Shown: positions 43,727-53,443, counted from the first letter of the stretch. The stretch is 64,000 bases of DNA from Alteromonadaceae bacterium (GCA_041890515.1 JASDWX010000035.1:11008-75007); one strand, 5' to 3'. The notes: generated by a model from the letters alone, not told the origin. Made by a program: numbers and translations.

Positions 43727-43923
43727 ATCAAATTATTTCCTTGCTGTTCTACTACTTGCTCTTCAACAATCGCTTGTATCTTCATTACAGTATTTCTATC
43801 TTTATCATATTGATGGTCTTTTTGAACTTGATAGCACTCTTTAATAAGACTTTCATCTATATTCTTACCAAGTTCAGAGTTTAGTCTCAACAATACTGTT
43901 AACGGATCACTTTTATGTTTCAT
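43723..43923 (-). CDS. pbeB: PbeB-like small protein
   Basis: About 66 aa, overlapping both the helicase and the ATPase genes. Confidence 0.55.
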   Translation of the reverse strand: MKHKSDPLTVLLRLNSELGKNIDESLIKECYQVQKDHQYDKDRNTVMKIQAIVEEQVVEQQGNNLI

Positions 43924-46030
43924 TACATTCTTCCTCGATACCATCTGAGTCTAATAGGCCATATTCTTCAGGGTCTATTCCCAGCTCTATTGCTATATTA
44001 ATTAATTTATTGGAGCCAGATTTATTAATGGCTGTTTTTGAAAATTGTATACTCCGTTGAAGCTCACTTTTCAGTAACGATAACTGTCCAGGTTCACTTT
44101 CTAAACATAGAGGAACCATAACAGCATCATAAATTACTGCTTTATATTTCCCTGGACAGGTTCTTAAAACTCGCCCTCTTCGTTGTATAAATTGACGAGG
44201 GTTCTGAGAAGATGCAAGAATAATTGCGTGGGATATTTTCGGAATATCAACACCTTGATCTAGGCAGCGAATGGAGACCATGATACCACCGAACTTTTTG
44301 AACCATTCTAATGAAGCCGCAGCATCACCTTCCATATTGGTATGATACTCACATGGAGAAAGACCTCTCTTTTCGAGATCTTTTATTACTTCGCCTAGCT
44401 GAAACTGATCTTCGCAATAGACTAACCAACTTTCACCTTCGGTATAATTATCAATAATTGTTTTTATTGCATATGGAACTTTTGCTGCTGCTTTTTTGGC
44501 AATTCTAGCTCTTTGAATTAGCATATTTTGCAATCTTGCCGAAGGGATAGGTGAACCATTGTCATCCCTTTTTGATCGAGCAAATTCTTTAGATATATCT
44601 TTTGTAGCAATTTCCCAATTTTCAGACTCTTCAACAGTAAACCTTATAGCCTGAGGCAGGTATTCATATTCCACTAATCTACCACTTTTAATAGCGTCTA
44701 TTAATGTAAATGGTGGTTGTACTATAGGACCAAAGTAATCAATTATTTTTTGAGTTCCTATTGGATCACTATATCTCACAGGAGTCGCACTTAAACCTAA
44801 CTTTTTACCTGCTCGTATTGTTAATGCTTGTGAATTTTTGTTACTTCCTATCTCATGCACTTCATCTGCAACTACCATAAGGTGGTCACCGTCTGTGAGA
44901 GCATCTAGGAAGTCGGATTTGTAAGCTGTCCCCATCGTTACTAATACAATGCGTTGCCCAAAACCTTCGCCTGGTTGTGTAAAATGTTGCAATCTTCGGT
45001 TTTTACGCCATCTAATGTTACCATCTCCAGCTTTCAGTATTGTCGCTTCGGGGATCTCTTCTTTTATTTCTTCAGCCCATTGCTTATGCAATAACCGATC
45101 GGGAACTAAAACAATAGCTACTCCGTCATTGGTTAAATGGTCTTTTAAAGCAGTTAAAGCTGTAAATGTTTTACCACTACCTGTTGCATGCTCGAAAATC
45201 CCTTTGTAATTCTGATTTTTCCAGGCATCTAAAGCATCTTTTTGATGAGGTAATGGATTTCTCTTATTTATCGAAGCTGAATATTTTTTCTTTTCTTGTG
45301 CATTTCCTAAGGAAAAATAGTCAGTAAGGTTTTCGGGAATGATTTCATCGATTGAGTTCAAAGCTCTTTCCTCCAGTCTGTTTTTAGCGACCGCTGGAAA
45401 ATCAATAATTTCTAGTTCTTTAACTTGATTTGACCAGAGCTTTTGGAAGTATTCCTTATGACGCTTAACTTGACGTTCATCTCTTCCGCCTTTCCAACTA
45501 CAAAAAACATCGAGTGATTCGTAGTTTCCTCGTTCATGCCAACCACTCCAGGTTTCATTAACAGAACCTTTAAAAGAAACTGAAGAATTTCCACCTGTTA
45601 AAATACCCAGCTTTTCATGATAAATACCTGCGGAATTTCTTCTAAATGCAATTTTTACTTCCATGATTTTTAATTTGATTAGTGTAGCCAAAGCTTCGGT
45701 ATTTTTAATTGCTTTGCTATCACTTAATAATGTATCAATAGTATGGAGTATTTCTTGATTAGCTTTATGAATATCACAATCATAGCCTTGTTCTAATGCA
45801 TCAATATCAGCAGCAGATAATGATGGCGAACAGACAAGTTGAATTTTTCCGCCTCTTTTGGCGAAGTTAATAATTTCAGGTCCAATAAGAAGAAATATAG
45901 TTGAACTAAAATAGCCAACTGAACGTTGATAAGTTTCACTTTGATTTAAACAAGGCAAATAGAAGTCAGCTACTAGGTTTGATTCACCAGTGCGATATTC
46001 TTCTTTTAACTCAATGTTATTTAAGCTCAA
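43913..46030 (-). CDS. pbeA: PbeA-like PLD-nuclease + SF2 helicase (start probably TTG 46030)
   Basis: YQRSVGYFSS, HEKLG...GSVNET (PLD-like), ATGSGKT, DEVH, LSATP, GVDIP, QRRGRVLR. Confidence 0.72.
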   Translation of the reverse strand: MSLNNIELKEEYRTGESNLVADFYLPCLNQSETYQRSVGYFSSTIFLLIGPEIINFAKRGGKIQLVCSPSLSAADIDALEQGYDCDIHKANQEILHTIDTLLSDSKAIKNTEALATLIKLKIMEVKIAFRRNSAGIYHEKLGILTGGNSSVSFKGSVNETWSGWHERGNYESLDVFCSWKGGRDERQVKRHKEYFQKLWSNQVKELEIIDFPAVAKNRLEERALNSIDEIIPENLTDYFSLGNAQEKKKYSASINKRNPLPHQKDALDAWKNQNYKGIFEHATGSGKTFTALTALKDHLTNDGVAIVLVPDRLLHKQWAEEIKEEIPEATILKAGDGNIRWRKNRRLQHFTQPGEGFGQRIVLVTMGTAYKSDFLDALTDGDHLMVVADEVHEIGSNKNSQALTIRAGKKLGLSATPVRYSDPIGTQKIIDYFGPIVQPPFTLIDAIKSGRLVEYEYLPQAIRFTVEESENWEIATKDISKEFARSKRDDNGSPIPSARLQNMLIQRARIAKKAAAKVPYAIKTIIDNYTEGESWLVYCEDQFQLGEVIKDLEKRGLSPCEYHTNMEGDAAASLEWFKKFGGIMVSIRCLDQGVDIPKISHAIILASSQNPRQFIQRRGRVLRTCPGKYKAVIYDAVMVPLCLESEPGQLSLLKSELQRSIQFSKTAINKSGSNKLINIAIELGIDPEEYGLLDSDGIEEECNET

Positions 46031-46101
46031 AAAATGCACCTTACTGTGAACTTAGTAGATACTGGGTGTGATAAAACTATAGGTTTTTTAGTTAGTCGCA
46101 C
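46027..46101 (-). CDS. Putative 24-aa leader ORF coupled to pbeA
   Basis: AAGGAGGT-aaa-GTG; MRLTKKPIVLSHPVSTKFTVRCIF; its TGA overlaps the TTG start at 46030. Confidence 0.35.
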   Translation of the reverse strand: MRLTKKPIVLSHPVSTKFTVRCIF

Positions 46102-46349
46102 TTTACCTCCTTATAAAGACGGATATCTTAACTGGATGATAAATAAAGAAATCAATCCAATGATACATATATGTATAATGCAATAGTTCTATCGGGATGT
46201 CTGTAAAAAATTATACTTTTAAGATAAAAAATGATCTTGGACAAAAAGAGCTAAGTAACTTTTATTGAAACAATTGAACAAACCCAGCTATTTATAGTTT
46301 TTATAGTCCATAATCAAGACAAGAAAATATAATAAAAGAATAAATAACA

Positions 46350-47267
46350 ATGCCTCTATTGGTAACTTTATTATTGGTTTGTATTATTGGTTTTTTAGCG
46401 CAGTCTATTGGACTTTGTATGGTTAGGGGAGTCAATGAATGTAAAGGTGGGAAACCACAGTTCCTACTTGCTATATTGCTCAGCGGAGTACTAGCGTGGG
46501 TAGCAATCTTGTACTCCGACTATGTTGGCATCGTTACACAATTCAGAACATTTAAAATCAATATATGGTTTTTAATTGGCGGAACCCTTTTTGGTTTAGG
46601 TTCTGCATTTAATCAAGGTTGTGGTGTTTCAACTTTAAGTAAATTGTCTCGCGGTGATTCTAAAATGATATTTACTATTATCGGCTGGTTAATTGGTTGG
46701 ACTATTTTAGCTGTTTGGAATCCATTTACTAATCACCATAAATTAATAATTTCTTCTGATATAACAATACCAGTGTTAGTTGCTTTATCAATAGCGTCAG
46801 TTAGTTGGGCTTTTCTAGGTGATAAAGAAAGAAGGAAGTTATGGCTTACTATGATGTCAATTGGCTTGATTGGTGGCTTTGTTTTTCTCTTTGACCCTAA
46901 GTGGCCGCCAAGCGGTTTTCTTCACAAAATTAGCCATTCTTTAGTAAGTTCAGATGAGACTTTACGACCACTGATGGAAAGTTACTTCTTATTTATATCT
47001 TTGCTTATTGGGATGTTCATAGCTGCTTGGTATACGAAAAAATTTGAAGTAGTGAAGTCCAACTGGCAGAACTGGTTGTTGCACCTCATGGCTGGAGGTC
47101 TCATGGGAATTGGAGCGTCATTAGCAATGGGAGGTAACGACTCTCAATTGTTATTAGCATTACCTGCTCTTTCCCCCGGAGGGGGAGTTGCTATTATAGG
47201 AATGTTAGCTGGTATATGGTTTGGATTATTTATTAGAGGAAAACTTATTGTTAAAGTCAGACTCTAA
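46350..47267 (+). CDS. YeeE/YedE (thiosulfate transporter) family membrane protein
   Basis: GLCMVRG, GGTLFGLGSAFNQGCG, GGLMGIGASLAMGGND; multiple TM helices. Confidence 0.8.
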   Translation: MPLLVTLLLVCIIGFLAQSIGLCMVRGVNECKGGKPQFLLAILLSGVLAWVAILYSDYVGIVTQFRTFKINIWFLIGGTLFGLGSAFNQGCGVSTLSKLSRGDSKMIFTIIGWLIGWTILAVWNPFTNHHKLIISSDITIPVLVALSIASVSWAFLGDKERRKLWLTMMSIGLIGGFVFLFDPKWPPSGFLHKISHSLVSSDETLRPLMESYFLFISLLIGMFIAAWYTKKFEVVKSNWQNWLLHLMAGGLMGIGASLAMGGNDSQLLLALPALSPGGGVAIIGMLAGIWFGLFIRGKLIVKVRL

Positions 47268-47321
47268 AAGCAATAAATCATATTACTTGCTAAAATGGTC
47301 ATTTAAAAATATAAAAACATT

Positions 47322-49175
47322 CTATTCTGAACTATAAAAAATAAACTTACTTATAGCTTCTACTTGATTTTCAGTGCGTTTGTCACATGAGTTGAAGTTC
47401 CAATTTTTGAAGTCACGATTTAAGGTTTTTTCGAGCAAATCTACTTTAACAACAGACAATTTACTCTGCTCATAATAATGCACTTTCTTATGAGTATGAT
47501 TTTTAATCCCTCTATTTAAATTACGCTCCAATAAAACAATATTGCCAAGCTTATTGATATGTTGCTTCCATTCATCATCTCTTTTAGGCTCATTCTCTTC
47601 TTCTGTTTGAGATAATATGTGTTCGATGTCGAAAGACTTATCTCCACTAAAGATAACTTTCGTAACTTCATATAAACCATCTTCTTTAAGGTCAGCAGAA
47701 AATACGGCTGACATTCGACAAAGCAGATTTTTCGATGTTGTAATAGAAAAAACATCAGCGTTTAGTGCTTTATTAAAAAGATCTATATTATCGTAAGAAT
47801 AATTATACTTCTCGCTACCATTTAATTTGTCATAAATTAATGAATTAATGATCTTTTCATTATCTGTTGTACTTAAGATTGTCTTTAGCAACTCATGATT
47901 AAATGCAAACCTGACGCTGTTTATTACTCTTTGATAATTAACACTGTAAACAATATATAACTTCGTTAAAGCATTAATAAATCTCTGCAATTTTTGATAT
48001 TTATTAACATCGTCTTTGAATTGATAAAGAAAAATATAAATAAACTTTCGATATCTAGAATATCGAGTCCAATCCCACAAGCTAAATACTGAATAATCCA
48101 TAGCGGTAGTGTAATTTTTTTCAATATGTCTATATGTATACCAACCTAATCGCTGAGTAACAATTCCCTTCAACTCAGATAAACATAGTTTTATTTTTTG
48201 TCCCTCTTCTTTCTTAAAATTAGGCCATTCTCCGATATTAAAGAGTGTTTCAAATAAGCGATCATAAAATGTATCTACGCCAAGCGAATATAAAATCGTA
48301 GGTAAATTATATTTTGCGATTAAGAACACTTGATATATTCCAAGTATCTCTTGCATCGTTAAACAAGAATTATGTGCTTTGTTAAAGTGGTCTATTTCTT
48401 GATATAAGCTACTTATTTGTATAAATATTTCTTCATCATTTTCAAACTCATCTTTGGCCGTTTTTTGTAAATACTCATACATTCGTATTTTAAAAAGATC
48501 ATTTGTATCGAGAGGAAGTCCTGCGGTATTAATAGTGTCAAAAATCTTAAGTGTTTTAGAAAGCCCAGCCTGAGTTTCAATAACAACGAAATAAATCTTA
48601 TGGTTAATGTAGTCATACAAATCATGAATCGGGAAATTATCTAATGAAAGCCGTTCCGATTTGTCCAGCCAGCCCCTAATCGCTTTTGAAATAAGCATTC
48701 CATTTTCGCAATAAATATTTTTACCTTCAAGATCTTCATCGATTGTAAATTTATCTCTAAACTCTTCAAGTAACCGTTGTTGTTCTCCATTATTAACTTT
48801 CGTTTTAAAGCGTAATAATAATTTAGAATCAAAGCACTTAGCTCTAGGAAAAAGCTGTTCAAGAACCTTAAAAAGCAAAAGAAAAGTAGTAAACCTTTGT
48901 TGTCCATCGATGATTTCTTGTTGACCGTTCTCAGCTCTAGCTAATTGCATAGTTCCTATAAACATAGGCTCCTTTTCATCAACCTTAATATTTTCTTGTT
49001 CTGAAAAAGCACTAAAAACATCATTAATAAATTGTGTTATTTGTTTCTCTGTCCACGCATAAGGACGTTGGTAAATTGGAATGATGTAGTCAACTTTACC
49101 ATCTAATATAAACGGAATTTCATTTTGATTAGCTCCCAAAACATACCTATTTGCATCAATATCAAAACACGCCAT
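47322..49175 (-). CDS. DUF262-DUF1524 (GmrSD / SspE-like) nuclease
   Basis: IPIYQRPYAW, IIDGQQRFTT, IFDTINTAG; C-terminal DIEHI...LGNIVLL..NLN HNH-like motif. Confidence 0.85.
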   Translation of the reverse strand: MACFDIDANRYVLGANQNEIPFILDGKVDYIIPIYQRPYAWTEKQITQFINDVFSAFSEQENIKVDEKEPMFIGTMQLARAENGQQEIIDGQQRFTTFLLLFKVLEQLFPRAKCFDSKLLLRFKTKVNNGEQQRLLEEFRDKFTIDEDLEGKNIYCENGMLISKAIRGWLDKSERLSLDNFPIHDLYDYINHKIYFVVIETQAGLSKTLKIFDTINTAGLPLDTNDLFKIRMYEYLQKTAKDEFENDEEIFIQISSLYQEIDHFNKAHNSCLTMQEILGIYQVFLIAKYNLPTILYSLGVDTFYDRLFETLFNIGEWPNFKKEEGQKIKLCLSELKGIVTQRLGWYTYRHIEKNYTTAMDYSVFSLWDWTRYSRYRKFIYIFLYQFKDDVNKYQKLQRFINALTKLYIVYSVNYQRVINSVRFAFNHELLKTILSTTDNEKIINSLIYDKLNGSEKYNYSYDNIDLFNKALNADVFSITTSKNLLCRMSAVFSADLKEDGLYEVTKVIFSGDKSFDIEHILSQTEEENEPKRDDEWKQHINKLGNIVLLERNLNRGIKNHTHKKVHYYEQSKLSVVKVDLLEKTLNRDFKNWNFNSCDKRTENQVEAISKFIFYSSE

Positions 49176-49382
49176 TTATTTTCCCTGAAATTATACCCAT
49201 TGATTTAATAAACATTAAAATATATAAATATCAACAACTTGACCCTCTTACAGTGACGATATCACAAAGGTTTGTATAAGACTATTAATACATTACTTCT
49301 TCAATTCCTATTCCACTAAAATCTTTTGCCAATCAATGCTTAAGGACTATGATTTAGTCATTATTCATCGAGAGGTTTCAAC

Positions 49383-49895
49383 ATGCACATTTCACTCATT
49401 CACTTGATCCCAAGCTCGCTCAGAGGAGAGATCGACAAGCAGTTTTCTTTTATTGTTCAATATCATTCAGAACTCCGCTTTACTCTTTGGCCGAGATTAA
49501 ATAAGGGGATTCGTTTTCTACTGAAAGAACATCCTCACAAAGAGCTTATTTTACAAGCGTGTTATCAGTATCTTGCACACCATCATTGCATAATATCGGC
49601 CGTAATTTGCGGCTATTCATTCAGCAGTATTCATAGCAATAGCAGTCCAATAATCAGTAATAGCGCTTCTTACTGGTATCTGACGAGTGGAATGTCGCAA
49701 ATCAAACACAACCAGAGTATCGGTGAAATTGATTGGTTACTATCAACCAACATGGAGCTTTGGAAAGACATCTGCGGTGTTTTTCTCATTTATGAATATC
49801 GATACCAGGAAAGTAAAACTGATGTTGTTAAATTTGCAGAGAAATTCGCTCCAATGAACAAAGTTAATACATATAGGGAAACTCACCATGCTTAA
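49383..49895 (+). CDS. Hypothetical protein
   Basis: 170-aa ORF with GAGG RBS, overlaps next gene. Confidence 0.55.
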   Translation: MHISLIHLIPSSLRGEIDKQFSFIVQYHSELRFTLWPRLNKGIRFLLKEHPHKELILQACYQYLAHHHCIISAVICGYSFSSIHSNSSPIISNSASYWYLTSGMSQIKHNQSIGEIDWLLSTNMELWKDICGVFLIYEYRYQESKTDVVKFAEKFAPMNKVNTYRETHHA

Positions 49896-50184
49896 AACGT
49901 ACATAAAAAATACATCAATATTACATATCAAAGATTTTGACGAAGGTAGAAATGAGTTACTTGCTGATGTTTTGCTTGGAGAGGTAATTTCAGATGAAAC
50001 AAGTCGCTACAATCATGGAAACCACGTGATGACTTCTCGCATAGTATGTTCGAATGACAATGTGTTTAAGACAGAGTCAGGTAACTTGTACATCACTGAA
50101 GGTCGTTCATACAATTTAACTATATCAACAAAAGAATGGTCTGTGATGCGAGAGAAAAACCTATCACTTTACGAGTCAATTTAG
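49888..50184 (+). CDS. Hypothetical protein of mobile-element type
   Basis: GEVISD..SRY..G..V.TS...FKTESGNLY beta-rich pattern. Confidence 0.55.
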   Translation: MLKTYIKNTSILHIKDFDEGRNELLADVLLGEVISDETSRYNHGNHVMTSRIVCSNDNVFKTESGNLYITEGRSYNLTISTKEWSVMREKNLSLYESI

Positions 50185-50230
50185 CTTTGCCAATAAAACT
50201 CACTAATACATTTAATTACGACAGGAGTGA

Positions 50231-50461
50231 ATGATGACTGAAACAGATGAGCAGATTTTTTGCAGTTGCTTTGGGTGTGAACGAGAAATACTAGTTGGGG
50301 ATAAAGTTCACAGTTTAACTTACTCTTTTGAAAAAATAGAAACGCTTCATGTTGTAGCCCCTATATATGCTGAAGGGCTTGGGACGTGGTGTGATAGCTG
50401 TTTTTCAAAATTAAAGAAAAATAAGGATTACCAAGTACCATGGGAGGACATTCAAGACTAA
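50231..50461 (+). CDS. Small putative zinc-finger protein
   Basis: AGGAG RBS; CFGC ... CDSC. Confidence 0.55.
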   Translation: MMTETDEQIFCSCFGCEREILVGDKVHSLTYSFEKIETLHVVAPIYAEGLGTWCDSCFSKLKKNKDYQVPWEDIQD

Positions 50462-50499
50462 AAAAGACCATCAGAACTGGGTTTAACTAATGACTTATT

Positions 50500-51405
50500 A
50501 TGCAGTCATTAGTTAAAAACCTAAAATATTGGCTAGTATTTACATACCCATCACAAGTAGAAAAAATTATGCCAACCAACAATATTATCTGTCTTGGGGT
50601 AAACGAACTGTACCTCGACAAACAACTTCATCCGTATAAAGCGACTTTACCTAACTTATGCTTTTTTGAGTTCACACAAGAAATACACTCAGCCATAGAT
50701 GAAACAAAAAATCTGTTATGTAATCATAATTTTCATGAAATATCCTTTCAAACAAATACGGTAAATTGGTTTTTTAAGCTAACAAACAGATACCATCATG
50801 ACATCACTACTTTTATTCATATTAATGAAAAGGCCATTCACTTTTCTGGAAAAATGAGATCGTTTGAGAATGCTCATTTTCGTACCCCTGAAATTTCTAT
50901 CAACCAACTTGAGTTTAATCAAATCCCCATAAAACCTATCCGTATGAGCCAACTAAAGGAGCCACTTACTATTGGCTTAATCACAAAAATAAAGAATCTA
51001 AATAAGCAATACAAAGAAACAGAAGATTTATATTATGGTATTGAGCCGCTAATAAATGAACTACAGCAGCTAGATGAACAGTCCGCTATGGATTTACACT
51101 TACATTGTGACTCACAACTCGACTTAATCAAGAGACAAGGCTGTGAGCTAATGAGCAAAATGCAAACCTTAGAAATGGAAATGCTCTCATTATCTCGTGT
51201 TGTTCTTCACAAAGTATTTGGCGTCAGCAAAGGTGACTGGATAAGTTACCTACCAGCAGACTCAGCTTCATTTATCCAACTTCAATATGAGTATTGCGAT
51301 ATATACGAATGCACTTTAGCCATTAGGGGACCAGGCATCACCAAGAAAGGTGAATTAGGCAAGCGAGAGCAAGCAATTTCAATTGAGCTGATGGGCAAAG
51401 AATGA
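50500..51405 (+). CDS. Hypothetical protein
   Basis: 301-aa ORF, coiled coil then beta-rich C-terminus; ATGA overlap with next gene. Confidence 0.6.
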   Translation: MQSLVKNLKYWLVFTYPSQVEKIMPTNNIICLGVNELYLDKQLHPYKATLPNLCFFEFTQEIHSAIDETKNLLCNHNFHEISFQTNTVNWFFKLTNRYHHDITTFIHINEKAIHFSGKMRSFENAHFRTPEISINQLEFNQIPIKPIRMSQLKEPLTIGLITKIKNLNKQYKETEDLYYGIEPLINELQQLDEQSAMDLHLHCDSQLDLIKRQGCELMSKMQTLEMEMLSLSRVVLHKVFGVSKGDWISYLPADSASFIQLQYEYCDIYECTLAIRGPGITKKGELGKREQAISIELMGKE

Positions 51406-52136
51406 ATATTCAAACGCTCATATCCCAGGTTCGCGCTGCGAGAAAACGAAGAATAATTAACAATTTTCATTTATCTCCTAAAAGTGGTGTCGATGTAGCG
51501 GGTGACGAATTTCAATCCACAATGGATTTGCTTAAATCTATGCTCAAGTGCTTTAAAGCCAACAAGTGCAATATTCGAGTATCTTTTTACGGTGAAATTT
51601 ATATCACCCTAATTGAACTAGGCCACTCATTCGAGTTATCTGTCGCCAATAGACCCCGCTGCCTTGATTTAAAGAATGCTGATACTCATTTAAAAGATAA
51701 CCCTTTCATAAAATTGAACAGTTCAAATTTTGAAAACCAATTAACTGTATCTGCCAAAACTATAAGAAAAAAATCTGAGTGGAAACATTACCGTTGTTCA
51801 GAATTTACTATTGATGGTCTTGTATTGGCAGAGCTTATAATAAAAGAGATGAATCAAAGAGTTAAATATTACTCAACTGATGATGACCTTTTCATCCTAG
51901 AGCAACAAACAAGACAAGACATACTCGCGGTAATTCATTTAGGAGGGGCTACATTAGGAAATTCATCGATGTTGTATTACTTATCTAAATCACTCAGGCA
52001 GGAAATATACGTAAGTAAAATCACGATATCTGCCAATAGTATAATTATCAGTGACTCATTAGACAGAGAAAGTACTCAGTATTTCTTTGGAGATAGGGAG
52101 GCCAAATTTTTTAGTCAATATCTTCTAAATTACTAA
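51402..52136 (+). CDS. Hypothetical protein
   Basis: 244-aa ORF translationally coupled to the previous gene. Confidence 0.6.
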   Translation: MNIQTLISQVRAARKRRIINNFHLSPKSGVDVAGDEFQSTMDLLKSMLKCFKANKCNIRVSFYGEIYITLIELGHSFELSVANRPRCLDLKNADTHLKDNPFIKLNSSNFENQLTVSAKTIRKKSEWKHYRCSEFTIDGLVLAELIIKEMNQRVKYYSTDDDLFILEQQTRQDILAVIHLGGATLGNSSMLYYLSKSLRQEIYVSKITISANSIIISDSLDRESTQYFFGDREAKFFSQYLLNY

Positions 52137-52207
52137 GTGAATCGTTTAAGACTACAACGTAATCCGCTTTAAATTTTTTAGCTTTATTTACAGCTTTAAT
52201 CAAAATA

Positions 52208-52250
52208 CAACATGATTACGTGATGAATTCGTTTTAACGTAATCATGTTG
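52208..52250. promoter_or_regulatory. Perfect 14-bp inverted repeat (likely operator) just before TATAAT at 52254
   Basis: caacatgattacgt-N15-acgtaatcatgttg upstream of the XRE gene. Confidence 0.65.
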
Positions 52251-52290
52251 GTCTATAATTCAACCAATCAAAATTAATCAGTATATTGCT

Positions 52291-53319
52291 ATGGCACAAG
52301 AATCAATCTCTATTAATAAAAGCTTACTAAAACATCTTCGAAAGCAGAAAGGTGAAAAACAAGAAATAACAGCCATTCTCTGTCATATAGGTTATCGACA
52401 ATATCAAAATATCGAAAAAGACGGACGAACGACCAATAAAGTGATCCAGTCTATTGCACTACATTTCGATACATCTGCTGACGAATTAATTAATAATAAA
52501 AAAGTAGATGATTCACTTTGGTATGTTACTAACCCTCATTTTTTAGTCGGAAATATTGAGCAAGGGCACTATAAGGCGATTGGTAAAATTACCAAAAAAG
52601 CAAACTGTTTTCATAGCGAAATGAGCGTGCGTTTATCAATTAAAAATGAAAAGCAATCTAAAGAGATAACTTTATTTATTAACGATGATGAGTTTTGTTG
52701 GAATTTACGTCCCGTTAGACTAGATAAAAAAATAGGATTACTGTGGGATGAGCTAACAGAATGGCAACAATATGTATGGAATGATTCATTAGATGAATTG
52801 TTATATGCCTGCGTTTATGAGGTTTATATTGACGGAAAATCTTTAGTACCCATAAACATTACCCCCCAATTTATGGTCGTATTTAAAGAAGTTGGAGACA
52901 ACAAATTTATCGATAAAGGATACCGAATATTTAATACAGATTCTGAATTTAGAGTATCACTTAGTGAGTGGTTGGATAGCCTCGCCTATCCCATCCCACC
53001 TACCCGCTCACAAAAAGGTAGCCTCAACATGATTTACGATTTTGAAAACGACAAATCAAAATCCATAACCATATCTCGCATATGGCTCGATGACACGGGA
53101 ATGATGCACCGAGCGCCATGGCCTAGTGCCAACATAGATAAAGTAATCAAAGCCATCACAGATTTAGAAGATGGACGAAGAAGGTGGGCACTCCCTATCG
53201 GCATTGGTGAATCGCTGGAAGAGCAAAATATTCCATCGATGACACCTGAAGTAATTTGCAACGAAATAACTGAGTTACCAGAAATTAATTTTACATTCAA
53301 AAACGAACAACCACGCTAA
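52291..53319 (+). CDS. XRE-family HTH protein with long C-terminal domain
   Basis: LKHLRKQKGEKQEITAILCHIGYRQYQNIEKDG HTH at N-terminus. Confidence 0.7.
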   Translation: MAQESISINKSLLKHLRKQKGEKQEITAILCHIGYRQYQNIEKDGRTTNKVIQSIALHFDTSADELINNKKVDDSLWYVTNPHFLVGNIEQGHYKAIGKITKKANCFHSEMSVRLSIKNEKQSKEITLFINDDEFCWNLRPVRLDKKIGLLWDELTEWQQYVWNDSLDELLYACVYEVYIDGKSLVPINITPQFMVVFKEVGDNKFIDKGYRIFNTDSEFRVSLSEWLDSLAYPIPPTRSQKGSLNMIYDFENDKSKSITISRIWLDDTGMMHRAPWPSANIDKVIKAITDLEDGRRRWALPIGIGESLEEQNIPSMTPEVICNEITELPEINFTFKNEQPR

Positions 53320-53344
53320 AACATTTAAAAATAAGGAGATGAAA

Positions 53345-53443
53345 ATGGCTAAACCTAGTAAACCAGCACCAATAAATGGTCCAAGTAAAACAGGTGAAAA
53401 ATCAGGAAACGGACGAGGTAATAACTCGCCACAAGGAAAATAA
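53345..53443 (+). CDS. 32-aa Gly/Pro/Asn/Lys-rich peptide (not in ORF track)
   Basis: AAGGAG RBS; MAKPSKPAPINGPSKTGEKSGNGRGNNSPQGK. Confidence 0.55.
   Translation: MAKPSKPAPINGPSKTGEKSGNGRGNNSPQGK

Noticed and set aside
41352-46039. Calling this operon dndFGH
   Set aside because: Sizes and domains (PLD-SF2 helicase, SMC ATPase, two small proteins) do not fit DndF/G/H; no ~1700-aa DndH
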